The notes under the pieces are model-generated. The model searched no databases. It saw only the letters and a list, made by a program, of their open reading frames with translations, and was not told where the DNA came from. Positions 36,409 through 49,086 of a DNA stretch of 64,000 nucleotides are shown here, piece after piece (position 1 is the first letter of the stretch; every line of letters begins with the position of its first letter). The stretch spans positions 1 to 64,000 of the forward strand of contig CAUYUJ010000193.1 of the NCBI GenBank assembly GCA_963575745.1, written 5' to 3'. This DNA comes from Prorocentrum cordatum. Lineage: Eukaryota. The translations under genes and the position numbers were made by a program.

Positions 36409-37720
36409 AGACGGTGATCCCGATCTCGGAGATGTGGTACTATTCGGGCTTTCAGTCGGGCGAAGAGAACTATGCACATGCACCAGTCCTGGCCAGGCCC
36501 ATCCTTGGCCCCAGCCAGGATCGGTGCATATGCCTTCCTGGCCAAGGCAGGAGGGCGTATGCACCGATCTTGGGCTCAGGATGGACCTGGCCAAAATCGG
36601 TGTATGTGCATGGTTCTTTTTCCTCTATCTTAGGTGGCCGAAGCATTACCACCAGCGCCGAAGGCCAGGGTCGTCTTCTTTGGTGGAGGCACGCCCCTGT
36701 GTTGGTGGTGGTGCCCACCTTCAAGCCCTGGGAAACACAAAGCACAACACACACCAACAGATGCTGATCTTCGTGCGAAAAAAGGGGGGGGGGCACTGCA
36801 TGATAGAGGGGAAGAGGCAATCCAGGATTTTTGGAAAGCACCTAGGACATCTTGGAACTTGCGTCGATTCATTTGTGTCTTCATGGCCACTTTGGCTCGG
36901 CGTCGCCCCAAAATACTAATACTATGTGTGCGTCGCCCCCCCAAGGGCGACGCGCGCATCGAGAAGTTGTATACGACATGCGGCGTGGCGGGCGCTTTCT
37001 GGCCACACCGCTCGGGATACTACAAGAGGGGTATACTACATGCTCGGGTCGGACGCGCGCCTCCAAGGAGGACATGCAGTACTAGCATGTCTCTGTGCGT
37101 CCCAGCTGAGAGTCGGGCCGGACGAAAGAGGGGGATTGGGAAAGGGGGGGTCACGAAATTTGCTGCATGCAGCTGGTTTCGGCCTCACCGAGGGGCCCAT
37201 TCCTCGATGCACGGCCGCCTCCGACGCCGGGAGGCGTCGGGAACATCAGCTACGTGAGCCGACTCTCACCCCCCCCCCCTTTGCTATCCCCCCCTTTCTC
37301 AGGAGGAAAAGAAACACACAGACACAATTAATCCTCGATTCCCCAGAAAACATGGGAAATTATGGGAAGTGGGGGGGGAAGACAAAAACCCAGAAAACCT
37401 GGGAAAACATGGCGCATCTTTTTAGTTGTGTGTACTTCTTCGTGTGTCCTGGGGCCCTTTCACTTTCGCCCGACCCGAGAGAGGAGGAGAGCCCCGTGGC
37501 CGCTGGCGCCGCGCCGGCCGTGGCGGCCGTGCCCTCCGCGCCGGCGCCGAGCGCGCCGGGCGCGCCGGCGCCCTCGGCGCCGTGGCCCGCGGCGCCGCGG
37601 CGGGAGCTGCGGGCGGAGGGCGCGCTGGGGCGCCGCGGCGCGGCGATCGCGGCGCGCCTGGCGCACGGCAGTGAGGCGCCCGGGGTTTCCGCACGCCTCG
37701 GGGGCCCCCGGGCTCGACTA

Positions 37721-38169
37721 CGCGTAAGAGTGACCTTTCGCTGGAGTGACCTTTGGTCAGGGGGTTAACTCGGGTCAGGGATAACTCGGGTCAGGGGTAA
37801 CTCGGGTCAGGGATAACTCGGGTCAGGGATAGCTCGGGTTCGTTTTTCGGGAATCCGAACCCGAGTTACCCCGGACCCGAGTTACCCCGGATATTTCGGG
37901 CGTCCAGAGCCCCGAATCATCAGGGATCACTCGGGGCAGGGTTAACTCGGGTTCGTTTTCCGGGAACCCAAACCCGAGTTACCTCGGACCCGAGTTACCC
38001 CGGATAACTCGGGCGTCCAATTTGGTGCGGGCCCATTGGGGTCCCCCGATCGCCGAGCGCGATGCGATAGTACCGTCTTGCGCGCTCGTGTTTGGCCCCC
38101 CCCCCCCCCCGCGGCCCCCCGAGGAGCCGCGCACCAAAGGTCACTCTTACCCAGGGTCACTCTTGCGTG
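37721..38169. mobile_element. MITE family D (~40-bp TIR) carrying a 263-bp insert (37758-38020); uninterrupted copy at 55739-55907
   Basis: cgcgtaagagtgacctttcgctggagtgacctttggt versus accaaaggtcactcttacccagggtcactcttgcgtg. Confidence 0.8.
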
Positions 38170-39946
38170 TGGCCGACGAACGGGATGGTGACCACCGTGT
38201 GGCGAGTCAGTGGGGATTCGGGATTGCCGCACGGTCTTTCGGGACGGCCGACATGGGCACGGAAAGAATGGGTACAGAGACCGAGAGCAGTTCTTGTTCA
38301 TTTTGGACAGGATTCGCCGTCGGCGTCGCCACGGATTGTGTCCATTTGAGACAGAAGGCCGCCTGCAAAACAGCGGCTGCTGTTGGTTCGGGACAACATT
38401 TGCTGTTGGGCATTCTGCCCACTGTTTTGCCCATTTCGGCGTCCAAAGTTTTGGGGCTCGGGTCGTTCTCCGACGACGCCTCAGGCGACTGGGGCATCAG
38501 AGGTCCCAAGACCGTGCGTTGACGGACCGTGCGGTGAGGTCTTGGGGGACTTCGAGGTCACCGCACGGCCTGTCACCGCACCGTTCAGGGACTCGAAGAT
38601 CCCCAGGCTCGGCGGCGAAGTCCGAACCCAGTGGTCGGGGAAACGTAAGCCTCGAGTGCGCCAGAACTCGGGCCTGCCGACGCTCTGCGACGAGCGAGTC
38701 CCGGATCTCGGCCCTCCCGTTCTCGTGGGATGCCTGCAGAGGGAGCTCGCGTCACATCTCAGACTGGGTCCGGTCATCTCCATGATGGCCCGGTAACTCG
38801 ACCACAAGAGACCTTCCACAAGACACCCTACCCTGGAACCCCAGGACGCACATCGATGTTCGGGAAGTATGGGAACGGCACGTGCTCCATAGCAACACCA
38901 TCGAAACCCGAGAGACCCAGGGCACCTGGGAGGCAGGCAGGTGCCAACCCGAGCCCCCCGAGCCCGAGTCTGACGTCTCCCCGGATGGCCTCCGAGCTTT
39001 GATGGGCTCGGAGGAGTGCGCCGCGTCGCCGGCGCGTCGCCGGTGCGGTTTCGCTGCGGAGCCCCCGAGGTTCTCTCCGCGCCGGCGTCGCCGATGCACC
39101 GCCCATCATCGGCGGGGTGCCCCAGGTGCGCTCCCCAGGCTCGGCGGCAGAGTCCGAACCTCCTCCTCCTCCTCCTCCTCCTCCTCCTCCTCCTCCTCCT
39201 CCTCCTCCTCCTCCCTCCTCCTCCTCCTCCTCCTCCTCCTCCTCCTCCTCCTCCTCCTCCTCCTCCTCCTCCTCCTCCTCCTCCTCCCTCCTCCTCCTCC
39301 TCCTCCTCCTCCTCCTCCTCCTCCTCCCTCCTCCTCCTCCTCCTCCTCCTCCTTCCTCCTCCTCCTCCTCCTCCTCCTCCTCCTCCTCCTCCTCCTCCTC
39401 CTCCTCCTCCTCCTCCAGGCTCGGCGGCAGAAGCCGAGCCCTGCCCTCGTGGATCAGCGATGCAGGCAGCTCGGATGGGCGGCCCGGGCAGGGTTGGGAG
39501 TTCGTCGCACACGCTGCGAGGTCCGAGTCCTACCCCCGCCTGGTTTGGTTGGTGGGGGTAGTCGATTCAGGAAAGTCGAGAGTCGATGGTTGGAGAGTCA
39601 GGAGAGTCGATGGTTGGAGAGAGTCAGGAGAGTCGATCAGGAGCGTCCACCCCTGCCCCCATCGATTCAGGAGAGTCGATGGCTGGTTTCGGAGAGCCCA
39701 CCCCTGCCCCCATCGATTCAGGAGGGTCGATGGTTGGTGGGGACAGGGTTCGATGTCGCCACCTGGGGGTCCGCTGTCTCAGATCCCCTCGCGGCGCGAA
39801 AAGATCACGGCGGCTAGCTTTTCGCCATTTTCGGCCCCTGGGGGTCCCTGCTGGGCCTCGGGGCCGTCAGCAGCACGATCGAGGATGAGAAGCCGGCCCT
39901 GGGGGAACGGTTCCAGACCTCCTTTTGGGTTCAAAGTTGCAGTGCC

Positions 39947-40094
39947 GTTTTTAATACATGCTCCGCGTGCGGATCATGTATTAAACATGCAGGGACTTAG
40001 TACTAAAAACAACGAGGAGTTCATGCATAAAGGTATTCATAAACTAAACATGTATAACAATGCTATATTTTTAAACATCCCATGTATTAAAAAC
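39947..40094. mobile_element. AT-rich 148-bp segment with a perfect 14-bp terminal inverted repeat
   Basis: gtttttaatacatg ... catgtattaaaaac; only one copy in the window. Confidence 0.55.
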
Positions 40095-40689
40095 TATCCT
40101 GTATGAACACATCACGATGTCGGGCGTCTGGGTTTCTCTCTCGCGGCGACTTCGTCCCTCCTCGAGGCCTTGGGGTGTGATCCAGTCTGCGTCACGTTAT
40201 ACGTTGTGCTCTCCCATGCCGTGCTGCGGCCACGCGATGCGGTGCGACGCCGTGCTATGCCACCCAGTGTATTGCAGTGCGATGTGCTGGTTTGTTCTGC
40301 TGTGGCGTGTGCTGCTGTTCTATGTGATGCCGTGCTGTCCAAAACAATTCTCCTCCATGCTGCGTTATGCTGTGACAGCCGCGCATTACAATACACTATC
40401 ATGTCATTTCAGTAGGCGTGATGCTGGGGCTGAGTTCTTTCCCAGAAAAGGGCTGGTTCGCTAGTTTGCATGAGACGCGCGGTACCCGCCGTTCGTCAGG
40501 GAATCTTTTCGCCATCAGGCCACGTTATCAGGCCTACTGACGTCATCCAGAAGTTGCGCGAAGCTTTTTATCGCGGAGACGCGATGACATGATATCATCG
40601 ATTGGCCCTCGGCCCAACCCGCCAATTTGCCTGGGTTGTGCGTTAGAGGTTTATCTGATGAATCTTGGGATTTATTGGGATGCCCCTCG

Positions 40690-41180
40690 GATGCCCTGTA
40701 GGAGGCCTCTTGGGGGCCTCTTGGGAGTCCCTTGCCCGGGGGCCTCTGGGGGGCTCTTTGGAGCATGTTGGGAATCATGGGGGTCCGTCTGGGCATTCTT
40801 GGAGGGAAAAGCTCCCGACGCCTCTTCGCTTGTCCCCTCTAAGGGCGGTCTCTCCGGCAGTCTGGTAGGCTACTTCGTCTGTTTAGGGGCCCTCGTGGGC
40901 CGTCTTGTGGTCCCTTGGCGGCCTACTGGGCCGTCTTGGGGTGATCTTCTCTCGGGCCGTCTTGGAGTGTTGGAAGCGCGAAAAGGAGAGAAAGCCCACA
41001 TCCTTACAAAGTCAACCAGGTACAAATGATTTTAGTCTCTTGGGGCCCTCACCTTTGAGCCCTCTTGGAGGTCTCTTCGGTTTTCTGGAGGCCCTCTTGG
41101 GCTGTCTCGGAGCGTTTTTGAGCAGTCTCAGAGCCTCTTGGACTGTCCTGTGGCCCTCTTGGGAACCACTTGGGCCGTTC
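40690..41180. repeat. Degenerate 10-11 bp repeat (GGGCCTCTTGG-like); also 50270-51400, 54590-54705, and (GGGGCCTCCT)n at 60940-61660
   Basis: Visible ~10-bp periodicity. Confidence 0.8.
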
Positions 41181-42650
41181 AGAAAAAGTCTCACAGCACA
41201 CCTCAGCTGTCACTCGGAACATCCCTGGAAATCCCTGAGTTGGGGATTTGAGCTCATGATAGAGCATCATTTTTTTTGATATTGAGGGATCGACGGGACC
41301 TGAGGACGCTCGACTCAGTGCGTATCGGCATGGCTGTGGATAGGTTATGCTATGCCCTGTGCAATGCCATGCAATGCTAAGCTAAGCCATGTTATGGCAT
41401 TGCACTCTATGTCATCGTGTGCTATGCAATGCTGTGAAATATCAGGTCGTGTTATTCCATGTGCTGCTTCGTGGTGCCATGCTATGCGATGCGTTGCGTC
41501 AGAGTGTTTGCCATAGCATTGTGTTGTATCTCATTGCGTATCTATGCCTGCATTACAGCACGCACACTTAGGTTGCGTTGTGGTCTTTTGACTTCGTTCA
41601 CCGCTATCGTTGTGAAGTTAGCCACGCTCATTTCTCCTGTTCGGTGGTAGCGTTTGTGGTCCAGTTTACTTATGCTCTTACAGGTTTTCCGCATGCCCGT
41701 TCGAATGCACCCCCTCTGTCAGAGCTGGAGGTCAACTTTACGTGTATTTACCCTGGATTCACCTCCCATTGGTTCAACATTCTCAAATCCCACTTGGATT
41801 CACCTCCCCCCCTCAGGAGATTTGGCGGTCCACTTTGCTTGTATTGCTCCTGTCTTGACGATGCTTACCTATGGTACTTATGTGACTTATGTTACTCACC
41901 CTGTCTTGACGATGTTTCACCTCCCCCCTTCAGTATTTTCATGTTACTTATGCTACTATTGGGTTTTTCTGAACAGATATGGATCTGCCAGGAGTCAAAT
42001 GTAGATGTCATATAGTACCTCTCGGAATGTGGTGCGTGGGAATTTGAACATGCAAGTGTATTGAAACACATGTGTTTCATGCTGCAATCATCTGAATGAT
42101 TCAACACAACATAAGTGTTCATTTGCGCATGCACGCTGCACATCGCCCTCTGGCCTAGCAAGCCCCTCAGCCTCGCCCACTGACTATCACCCCCTCCCCC
42201 CCCTTTCGGAGTCGAGGATCAGCTTGGGCTCCCATTTCCAAGGGTGGGCTTTGGAAGCAAACTCCCTCCTTCTCCCTTCGTGGCGCTGGGATCCCTGTAT
42301 GCATTTTCGCTTTCCTGCGTTGCCACACGACGAGTAGAACAGAACCGTATTTTCGGGTGGGCGGTGTTCAGAGGTTTCCACGCCTTCCGGGAGCTTTCGT
42401 GGCTTTCACTGAGCCCCCAGGATCTCCTAAAGACTTCCAGGGGCCTCCAGGGAGCCTCCTGTCGCCCTGGTGGCTTGCAGAGCTCCGGGGGCCTCCCAGG
42501 ACCTCCAAGCAGGGCCCCCCAACGACCTCAGAGAGCCTCCAACCGGAGGCATCCCTTGAGGAAGGGATGCAGGAGGATAGTGCGGGGTCTCCCGCTGGCG
42601 CCGCCAACCTTCGTCAGCGATTTGCTTTCCCGCGGACCTCCAGGGGGAGC

Positions 42651-42670
42651 TCCGTAGCCACTGGCTCAAG
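42651..42670 (+). other. Degenerate DinoSL relic (TCCGTAGCCACTGGCTCAAG)
   Basis: The first 10 and last 9 nt match the SL exactly; the T-run is altered and shortened. Confidence 0.75.
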
Positions 42671-42796
42671 CGACGTCTTGTTCTGCTGGCGTGCTTGCTC
42701 GGGCGAGCTCTGTGGAACGTTCGCGCCGATACTGCCCAAAGGCTGCACCTGAAGGCACCACGAGAGTTCTTTCCGCGGCACGCGTGTGCACAGCTA

Positions 42797-42946
42797 GGGG
42801 GCCACCTGCGAACCCTGCCCCTGCCCCCCACGATTTCTCAGGGGGAGGGTGGGGCTCACTTCGTTCGGGAGCTCCCGAACGAAGTGAACCCCACCCTCCC
42901 CCTCAGAAATCGTGAGGGGTAGGGGTAGGGTTCGCATGTGGCCCCC
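42797..42946. mobile_element. Palindromic MITE family B, intact 150-bp copy flanked by TA; third copy at 52796-53033
   Basis: TA|gggggccacctgcgaacc...gggag^ctccc...ggttcgcatgtggccccc|TA; symmetric about 42871/42872. Confidence 0.9.
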
Positions 42947-42947
42947 T

Positions 42948-43792
42948 ATGAGTGTGCACCTGCTGCTCCTCCCGTCGCACCCCTGCCGTGCCCGCCTGGG
43001 GCCTGGCCGCGAAGGCCCACCACGACCCGGAGCAGGGAGCAAGGAAGCAGTGGGCGGCCGTCACGAGCCGCTTCGGCGATGAGCGCCCACACACACACAT
43101 ACAACAACAGAAAACAAAACAGACAAACAGACAAACACATAAGAAACAAAAACAAGCAGAAAAACAAACAGACACACACACACAGTTTCCTCCTCCTCCG
43201 AATAGCACTGGTGCGGCTCGGCGCGGCATCGGCCTGCGGCATCGAGGGGTGCCGACGGCACTCCACGGACCACGGGAGCTGCCGGCGCACCTTCTGGGGG
43301 GCAGGCAGCCACGCGCTGCGAGCGGCCGTGGAAGGGTCTCCCTCCGGGCCTCTTCCGGTGGGCACTTTTTTGTTCGTCTGTCTGTGTTTGTTTTTGTTTT
43401 TGTGTGTGACACATACGACAACAAAAACAAACAGGATGAGGAGGAGGAGGAGGAGGAGGAGAAGGAGGAGGAGGAGAAGGAGGAGGAGGAGGAGGAGGAG
43501 GAGGAGGATACGGAGTAGGGTGCAGAGGAGGCGGCGGAGGAGGGGGAGGAGGAGGAGGGGGAGGAAGAGGAGGAGGGGGAGGAGGGGGAGGAGGAGGAGG
43601 AGTAGGAGGAGGAGGAGGAGGACACTGTGTGTGTGTGTGTGTGTGTGTGTGGGCGCTCATCGCCCCGAAGCGGCTCTTGACGGCCGCCCGCTGCTTCCTC
43701 GCTCCTTGCTCTGGGTCGTGGCGGGCCTTCGCAGCCGGGCCCAGGCGGGCACGGCAGGGGTGCGACTGCAGGAGCAGCAGGTGCACACTCAT
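42948..43792. mobile_element. Foldback element with ~150-bp inverted arms
   Basis: atgagtgtgcacctgctgctcct...gatgagcgcccacacac versus gtgtgtgggcgctcatc...aggagcagcaggtgcacactcat. Confidence 0.85.
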
Positions 43793-45317
43793 CCAAAAGA
43801 TGTCAAATGGCATCAGGGCTGCGACGACGTCCTCTTGGAGTTGGCCAGTGCGGCTCTGTTTTGGCCTCGCGTTTTCTTTCCCTCGGGCTTTGCGCGATAG
43901 TCAGATCATAATCACTGTGCCTCTGGGCTCTTCCTCCCTCCTCTCCACTTTCTTTCCCCTCTCCTTCTCGTCCTAATCCTCTGCCGGCGGCAGCTGTGAT
44001 GCGGCTCAGAAGCGTTAGCTCTGGTTTGTCAGTCGCTTGCGACACACGCTTCTTGAAGAGTGCAGGAGAAAGGGGTGCGGCTTGGACGCAGTAATGTTGG
44101 CCTGTCATGCGTGCGAAGCGCGCTTCATGAACTATGATTCCTCCTTGATGTCCTTGCCCTTCTAATTGCCCCCGTTCCTCGCCCTTTCCTGGCCCCTCTT
44201 CATTGTTTCCCAACCATCCTGTGGTGTTGGGTCCTCGTTTTGAAGCGAGGGTCCCCGCGACTGCGCCTCCTCCTCTCCTCTCCTCCTCCTCCTCCTCCTC
44301 CTCCTCCTCCTCCTCCTCCTCCTCCTCCTCCTCCTCCTCCTCCTCCTCCCTCCTCCCTCCTCCCTCCTCCCCTCCTCCCGTGACCCCCCTCACTTTGGCA
44401 CACCCCTCACACGTTTCGTTGTCCCATAGGGAGCTTCATCGAAGGCCCAAATGCCAGCGCTCGCATGCGCCTGCGGCACCCATTTTTGTAACCCCTCATA
44501 CGTTTCGTGGCTTCATGAGGAGCTCCACCGAAGGCCCAGATGCCAGCGTTCGCATGCGCCCACTTCGCCCATTGGGGCACAGGCCTCACACGTTTCGTGG
44601 CCCCATGAACCACTGAAGGTCCAGATGCCAGCGTTCGCATGCGGCCACCGCACCAATTTTGGCACGTCTCTCACACGGTGCGTGGCCCTATGTGAGCTCC
44701 ACTGAAGGCACACATGCCACCGCTCGCATGCGCCCACCTCGCCCATTTTGGCACACCCCTCACATGTTTCGTGGCCCCATACATAGGGAGCTCCACCGAC
44801 GGCCCAAATTCCAGCGCTCGCACGCGCCCACCGTACTAATTTTGGCATGCGCCTCACACGTTTCGTGGCCCCATGAAAAGCTCAACCGAATGCGGTGCAT
44901 ACAACGACGGTACCAACAACTGCATCTAGTTTCATTTAGACAAGACCAGAGCCCAGTCAGCTTTGTTTAGCTTTCTTTTTTGTTGCCCTGCAGGCTGTTT
45001 GCAGGCTGCCCGTGTGATTTTTTGCAACAAGCGCGACGCCCTCTCAGGTGGCTGGTCGTGCCCAAACATGTTGCCAGCACGGGGCTGGTCATGCCGACGC
45101 ATCGTGCCGCCTGAAGAACCTTAAGCGAGGGCTCTCGTGTGCCCTTCTCCCGCGTGGGGTCACAACGGCAAAGGACGATCAGGGGAAGCGTCAACAGCGT
45201 GGGGCGCAGTGTGCAGCCTCGAGGAGGGCAGTCGAGGGAAATGATGGGAGCGCCTGCGCCCAGAAGGGGGCCAAAACACGCCGAAGGGGGACAAACAGAG
45301 CACAGGCTTCCTCTCAG

Positions 45318-47390
45318 GTGCGCCCCGCCCTGGCGCGCTCGGATGGCGCAGCCCCTGCCGCAGCGGCCGCAGAGCGCCCGCAGAGGAGGCTGACGCTCGG
45401 GCGCCGGGCCTCCTTGAGAGCCCCACGCCGCCAGACCTCGAGCAGGCGCCCGCGGTCCGAATCGCCGCCCTCGCCGCCCTGGCTGCGCGGCGGCCTGGGG
45501 CCGCTCGCCGCCGCCGCGGACCCCGAGGCGGCGGCGGGTGCACACCTGCCGCCGGCCGCGGAGGCGCTCCGCGCCGCCTCCGAGGGCTCCCTGCCGCAGG
45601 CCGGCGCTCGAGCTGCCTCGCCTCCGCGGGCCAACTGGTGGGACCCGCCGCAGGCCTCGCCGGCGCGCCGCTCGGCCTCCGAGCAGTCCTCGCCGGGCCG
45701 CCCGCCAGCGGCTGCGCAGCCGCGTTGGCTTCGCGGGCCTTCGCCCGCGCCTGGCGCCGCTGCCTCACCGGGGGCCCTGCAGGGCGCCAGCACCTTGCCG
45801 GGCCCCGCCGCCAGCGAGCGCAGCGGCCGGCGGCGCTCGGTGGCCGACTGGGCCAGGACGGCGGCGGGTGCATTTTTCGGCTCGTCGCGTGTGGCTTCCT
45901 CGCCCGCCGCCCGCTCACAGCGCGCGTCGCCGGACAACCGCCGCGGGAGCCCAGCGGCCAGGTCCCTGCGCAGGAGCCTCTTTGGCGCGGGTGCGGCGTG
46001 CTCGCCGCCCGCCGCGCGGGCCGCCGACGTCAGCGGGGTGGCCGACCCAGGGCGCAGCTGGTGGGACTCGCTGCTGACCTGCCCGGCGCCGGGCGCCAGC
46101 CCAAGCAGGGGCCAGGGCTCACCTGGGGGGCCAGTTGCTGGCGAGACCAGCGGTCTCGCCCCGCGTGGGGACTGTCTTCTGAGGCGCTCCCCGCACCGCT
46201 GCCTGGAGTCCGCTGGAGAGTCGCCGCGCCCGCCAGCACGGTGGTGGGATTCGCCACAGCCCGCGCCGTCAGTGCCCCCTGCTGCTTTTAAAGAGCCCTC
46301 GCCAGAGAACCTGCTTGTGGATGCCCAAAGAAATTCGCCCTCGCTGGCCAACTGGTGGGACGCGCCCCCAGCTGCGCCAGCGTCCCGCGTCGCCGATCAA
46401 CCCTCGCTGGCCCGCCCACTGGCATCTGCCGAGGGAGTTTCACCTCCAGGGGCCAAGTCATGGTGGGACCCGCACCCCTCTCCGCAAGCGCCCTGCACTG
46501 GGTCAGAGCGGTCTTGTCCCAGCCGACCGCCAGCGCTCGCCCGAGGCGCCTCACTCCCGCGGGCGCAGTGGTGGGATCCGCCCTCCGCCGCGCCAGACCT
46601 CCGCGCTGCCTCCGGGGAGGCCTCGCCACGCCGCCCACCTGCGAGTGCCCGTGGTGCCTCGCCCCCGCCCGATCCGGCGCTGCGTGACGCCTCCGAGCAC
46701 TGCTCGGTGGATCGCTCGTCGGCGAGCGCCCGAGGGGCCTCGCTTCCACCTGCCAGCCAGTGGGACCTGCCCCAGGCCGCGCCCGCGCCCCGTGCCGCCT
46801 CCGAGCAGACCTCGCCAGGCCGCCTGCCAGCAGGCCCCCGAGGCGCCCCGAGCTCGCAGGCGCAGTGGTGGAACCCGCCTCTGGCCGCGGAGGCGCACCA
46901 CGCCGCCTCCGAGCGCAACCCGCCATGCTGTCCGCAGGCTGGCGCTCGAGCTGCCTCGCCTCCGCGGGCCGGCTGGTGGGACCCGCCGCAGGCCTCGCCG
47001 GCGCACCGCGCCGTCTCCGAGGCGCTCTCTCCGGGCCGATCGCCTGCGGGCTCCCGAGGCGCCTCGCCCCGGCCCGCTGCGCCTGCTCCCCGCGCCTCCG
47101 CAGGGCAGCCCTCGGCGGCCCGCTGGCCGCCGAGCTCCCGAGGCGCCTCGCCGCCGCGGGTCGAGTCGTCCGCCGCCGCCGCCGCCGAGCCGCGGCGTCC
47201 CGCCGCTGCCGGGCGGGCCTCGCCGCGGGCCGAGCGGTGGGCCTCGGCGGCCTCGCCGGAGGTGCGGGCCGCCTCGGAGCAGGCCCGGCTGGGCCGCGGA
47301 GGGTTCGCGGGCGCCTGCGGGGCCTCGCCCCCGCCGCCCACGGATACCCAGGACGGCTCGCCGCCGAGCCCGGGATCGGCAGGCGCCAGG
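45318..47390 (+). CDS. Probable ~2-kb exon of a Pro/Ser/Ala/Arg-rich protein with repeated RxASP...WWD motifs
   Basis: CAG|G acceptor at 45317/45318 is in frame. Seven WWD plus WD and WWN variants are conserved at protein level while the DNA diverges. The poly-Asp continuation is microsatellite. Confidence 0.65.
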
Positions 47391-47430
47391 GCCAGGGGGG
47401 GTCGAAGCGGCCAGGGGGAGGATCAAGGGA

Positions 47431-47503
<73 letters not shown>

Positions 47504-47530
47504 GGATGAGGATGAGGATGAGGATGACGA

Positions 47531-47562
<32 letters not shown>

Positions 47563-47566
47563 ATGG

Positions 47567-47618
<52 letters not shown>

Positions 47619-47625
47619 GATGGTG

Positions 47626-47657
<32 letters not shown>

Positions 47658-47966
47658 GATGACGATGGTGATGATGATGATGAGGATGAGGATGATGAGG
47701 CTGATGCTGCTGATGATCATAACGACGATGACGATGATGATGATGCTGGTGACGCTGCTGATTATGCTGATGATGATGAAGATGCTGATAGTGATGATAA
47801 TGCTGCTGCTGCTGATGCTGCTGCAAATGATGATGATGATGCTGGTGATGATGATGCTGCTGGTGATGATGCTGGTGGTGATGATGATAATGATGATGCT
47901 GATGATGATGACGATGATGCTGGTGATGACTGTACTGCTCCTGATGATGATGATGATGATGATGAT

Positions 47967-47997
<31 letters not shown>

Positions 47998-48255
47998 ATG
48001 ATCATGCTGGTGATGATGATGCTGATGGTAATGATGATGCTGGTGGTGATGCTGCTGCTGCTGATGATGATAAGGCTGATGCTGATGCTGATGCTGATGA
48101 TGATGACGATGAGGATAAGGATGAGGATACTGCTGGTGATGCTGCTGCTGCTGATGCTGATGATGATGATGATGGTGATTCTGACGATGATGATGATGCT
48201 GATGATGATGCTGGTGATGATGCTGCTGCTGATGATGATGATAACTATGATAATA

Positions 48256-48303
<48 letters not shown>

Positions 48304-48548
48304 CTGATGATGCTGATGATGATGATGTTGATGATGCTGACCATGCTTTTGATGATTGGGATGATGCTGCCGATGATGACGACGAAGACGATGATGATGA
48401 TGCTGGTGATGATGATGACGACGTTGACGATCATGATGATGATGATGTTGATGATGATGATGAGGATGATGAGGATGATGATGATGATGATGATGATGCT
48501 ATTGATGATGATGATGATGCTGGTGATGATGATCATGCTGATGATGGC

Positions 48549-48588
<40 letters not shown>

Positions 48589-49053
48589 GTGGTGTTGATG
48601 CTGCTGCTGATGATGCTGCTGATGCTGATGATGATGATGATGCAACTGATGATGACGATGATGATGATGATGATGATGACGATGATGATTATGATGATGA
48701 TGCTGGTGATGCTGCTGCTGATGATGATACTGATGATGATGACGATAGCGATGATGATGGTGATCATTATTAGGATGCTGCTGATGATGTTGATGGTGAT
48801 GATTCAGACGACGATGATGCTTGTGATGCTGATGCTGCTGATGATGATGATGATGCTGATGATGATGATGACGATCATTCTGATGATGATGGTGCTGATG
48901 ATGATGATCATGATGATGGTGATGACGATTCTGATGACGCTGATGACGATGATGAGGATGATGCTGATGCTGGTGAAGATGATGCTGCTGCTGATGATGA
49001 TGATGCTGATGATAATGCTGACAATGATGATACTAATGATGATGATGATGATT

Positions 49054-49086
<33 letters not shown>

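Noticed and set aside
34742..36767. Overlapping long Arg/Gly/Pro-rich ORFs in other frames and on the minus strand
   Set aside because: Shadow ORFs expected in extremely GC-rich sequence.
36885..36900. SL-like gccactttggctcgg (also ggctcaag at ~28348)
   Set aside because: Too short or mismatched to distinguish from chance.
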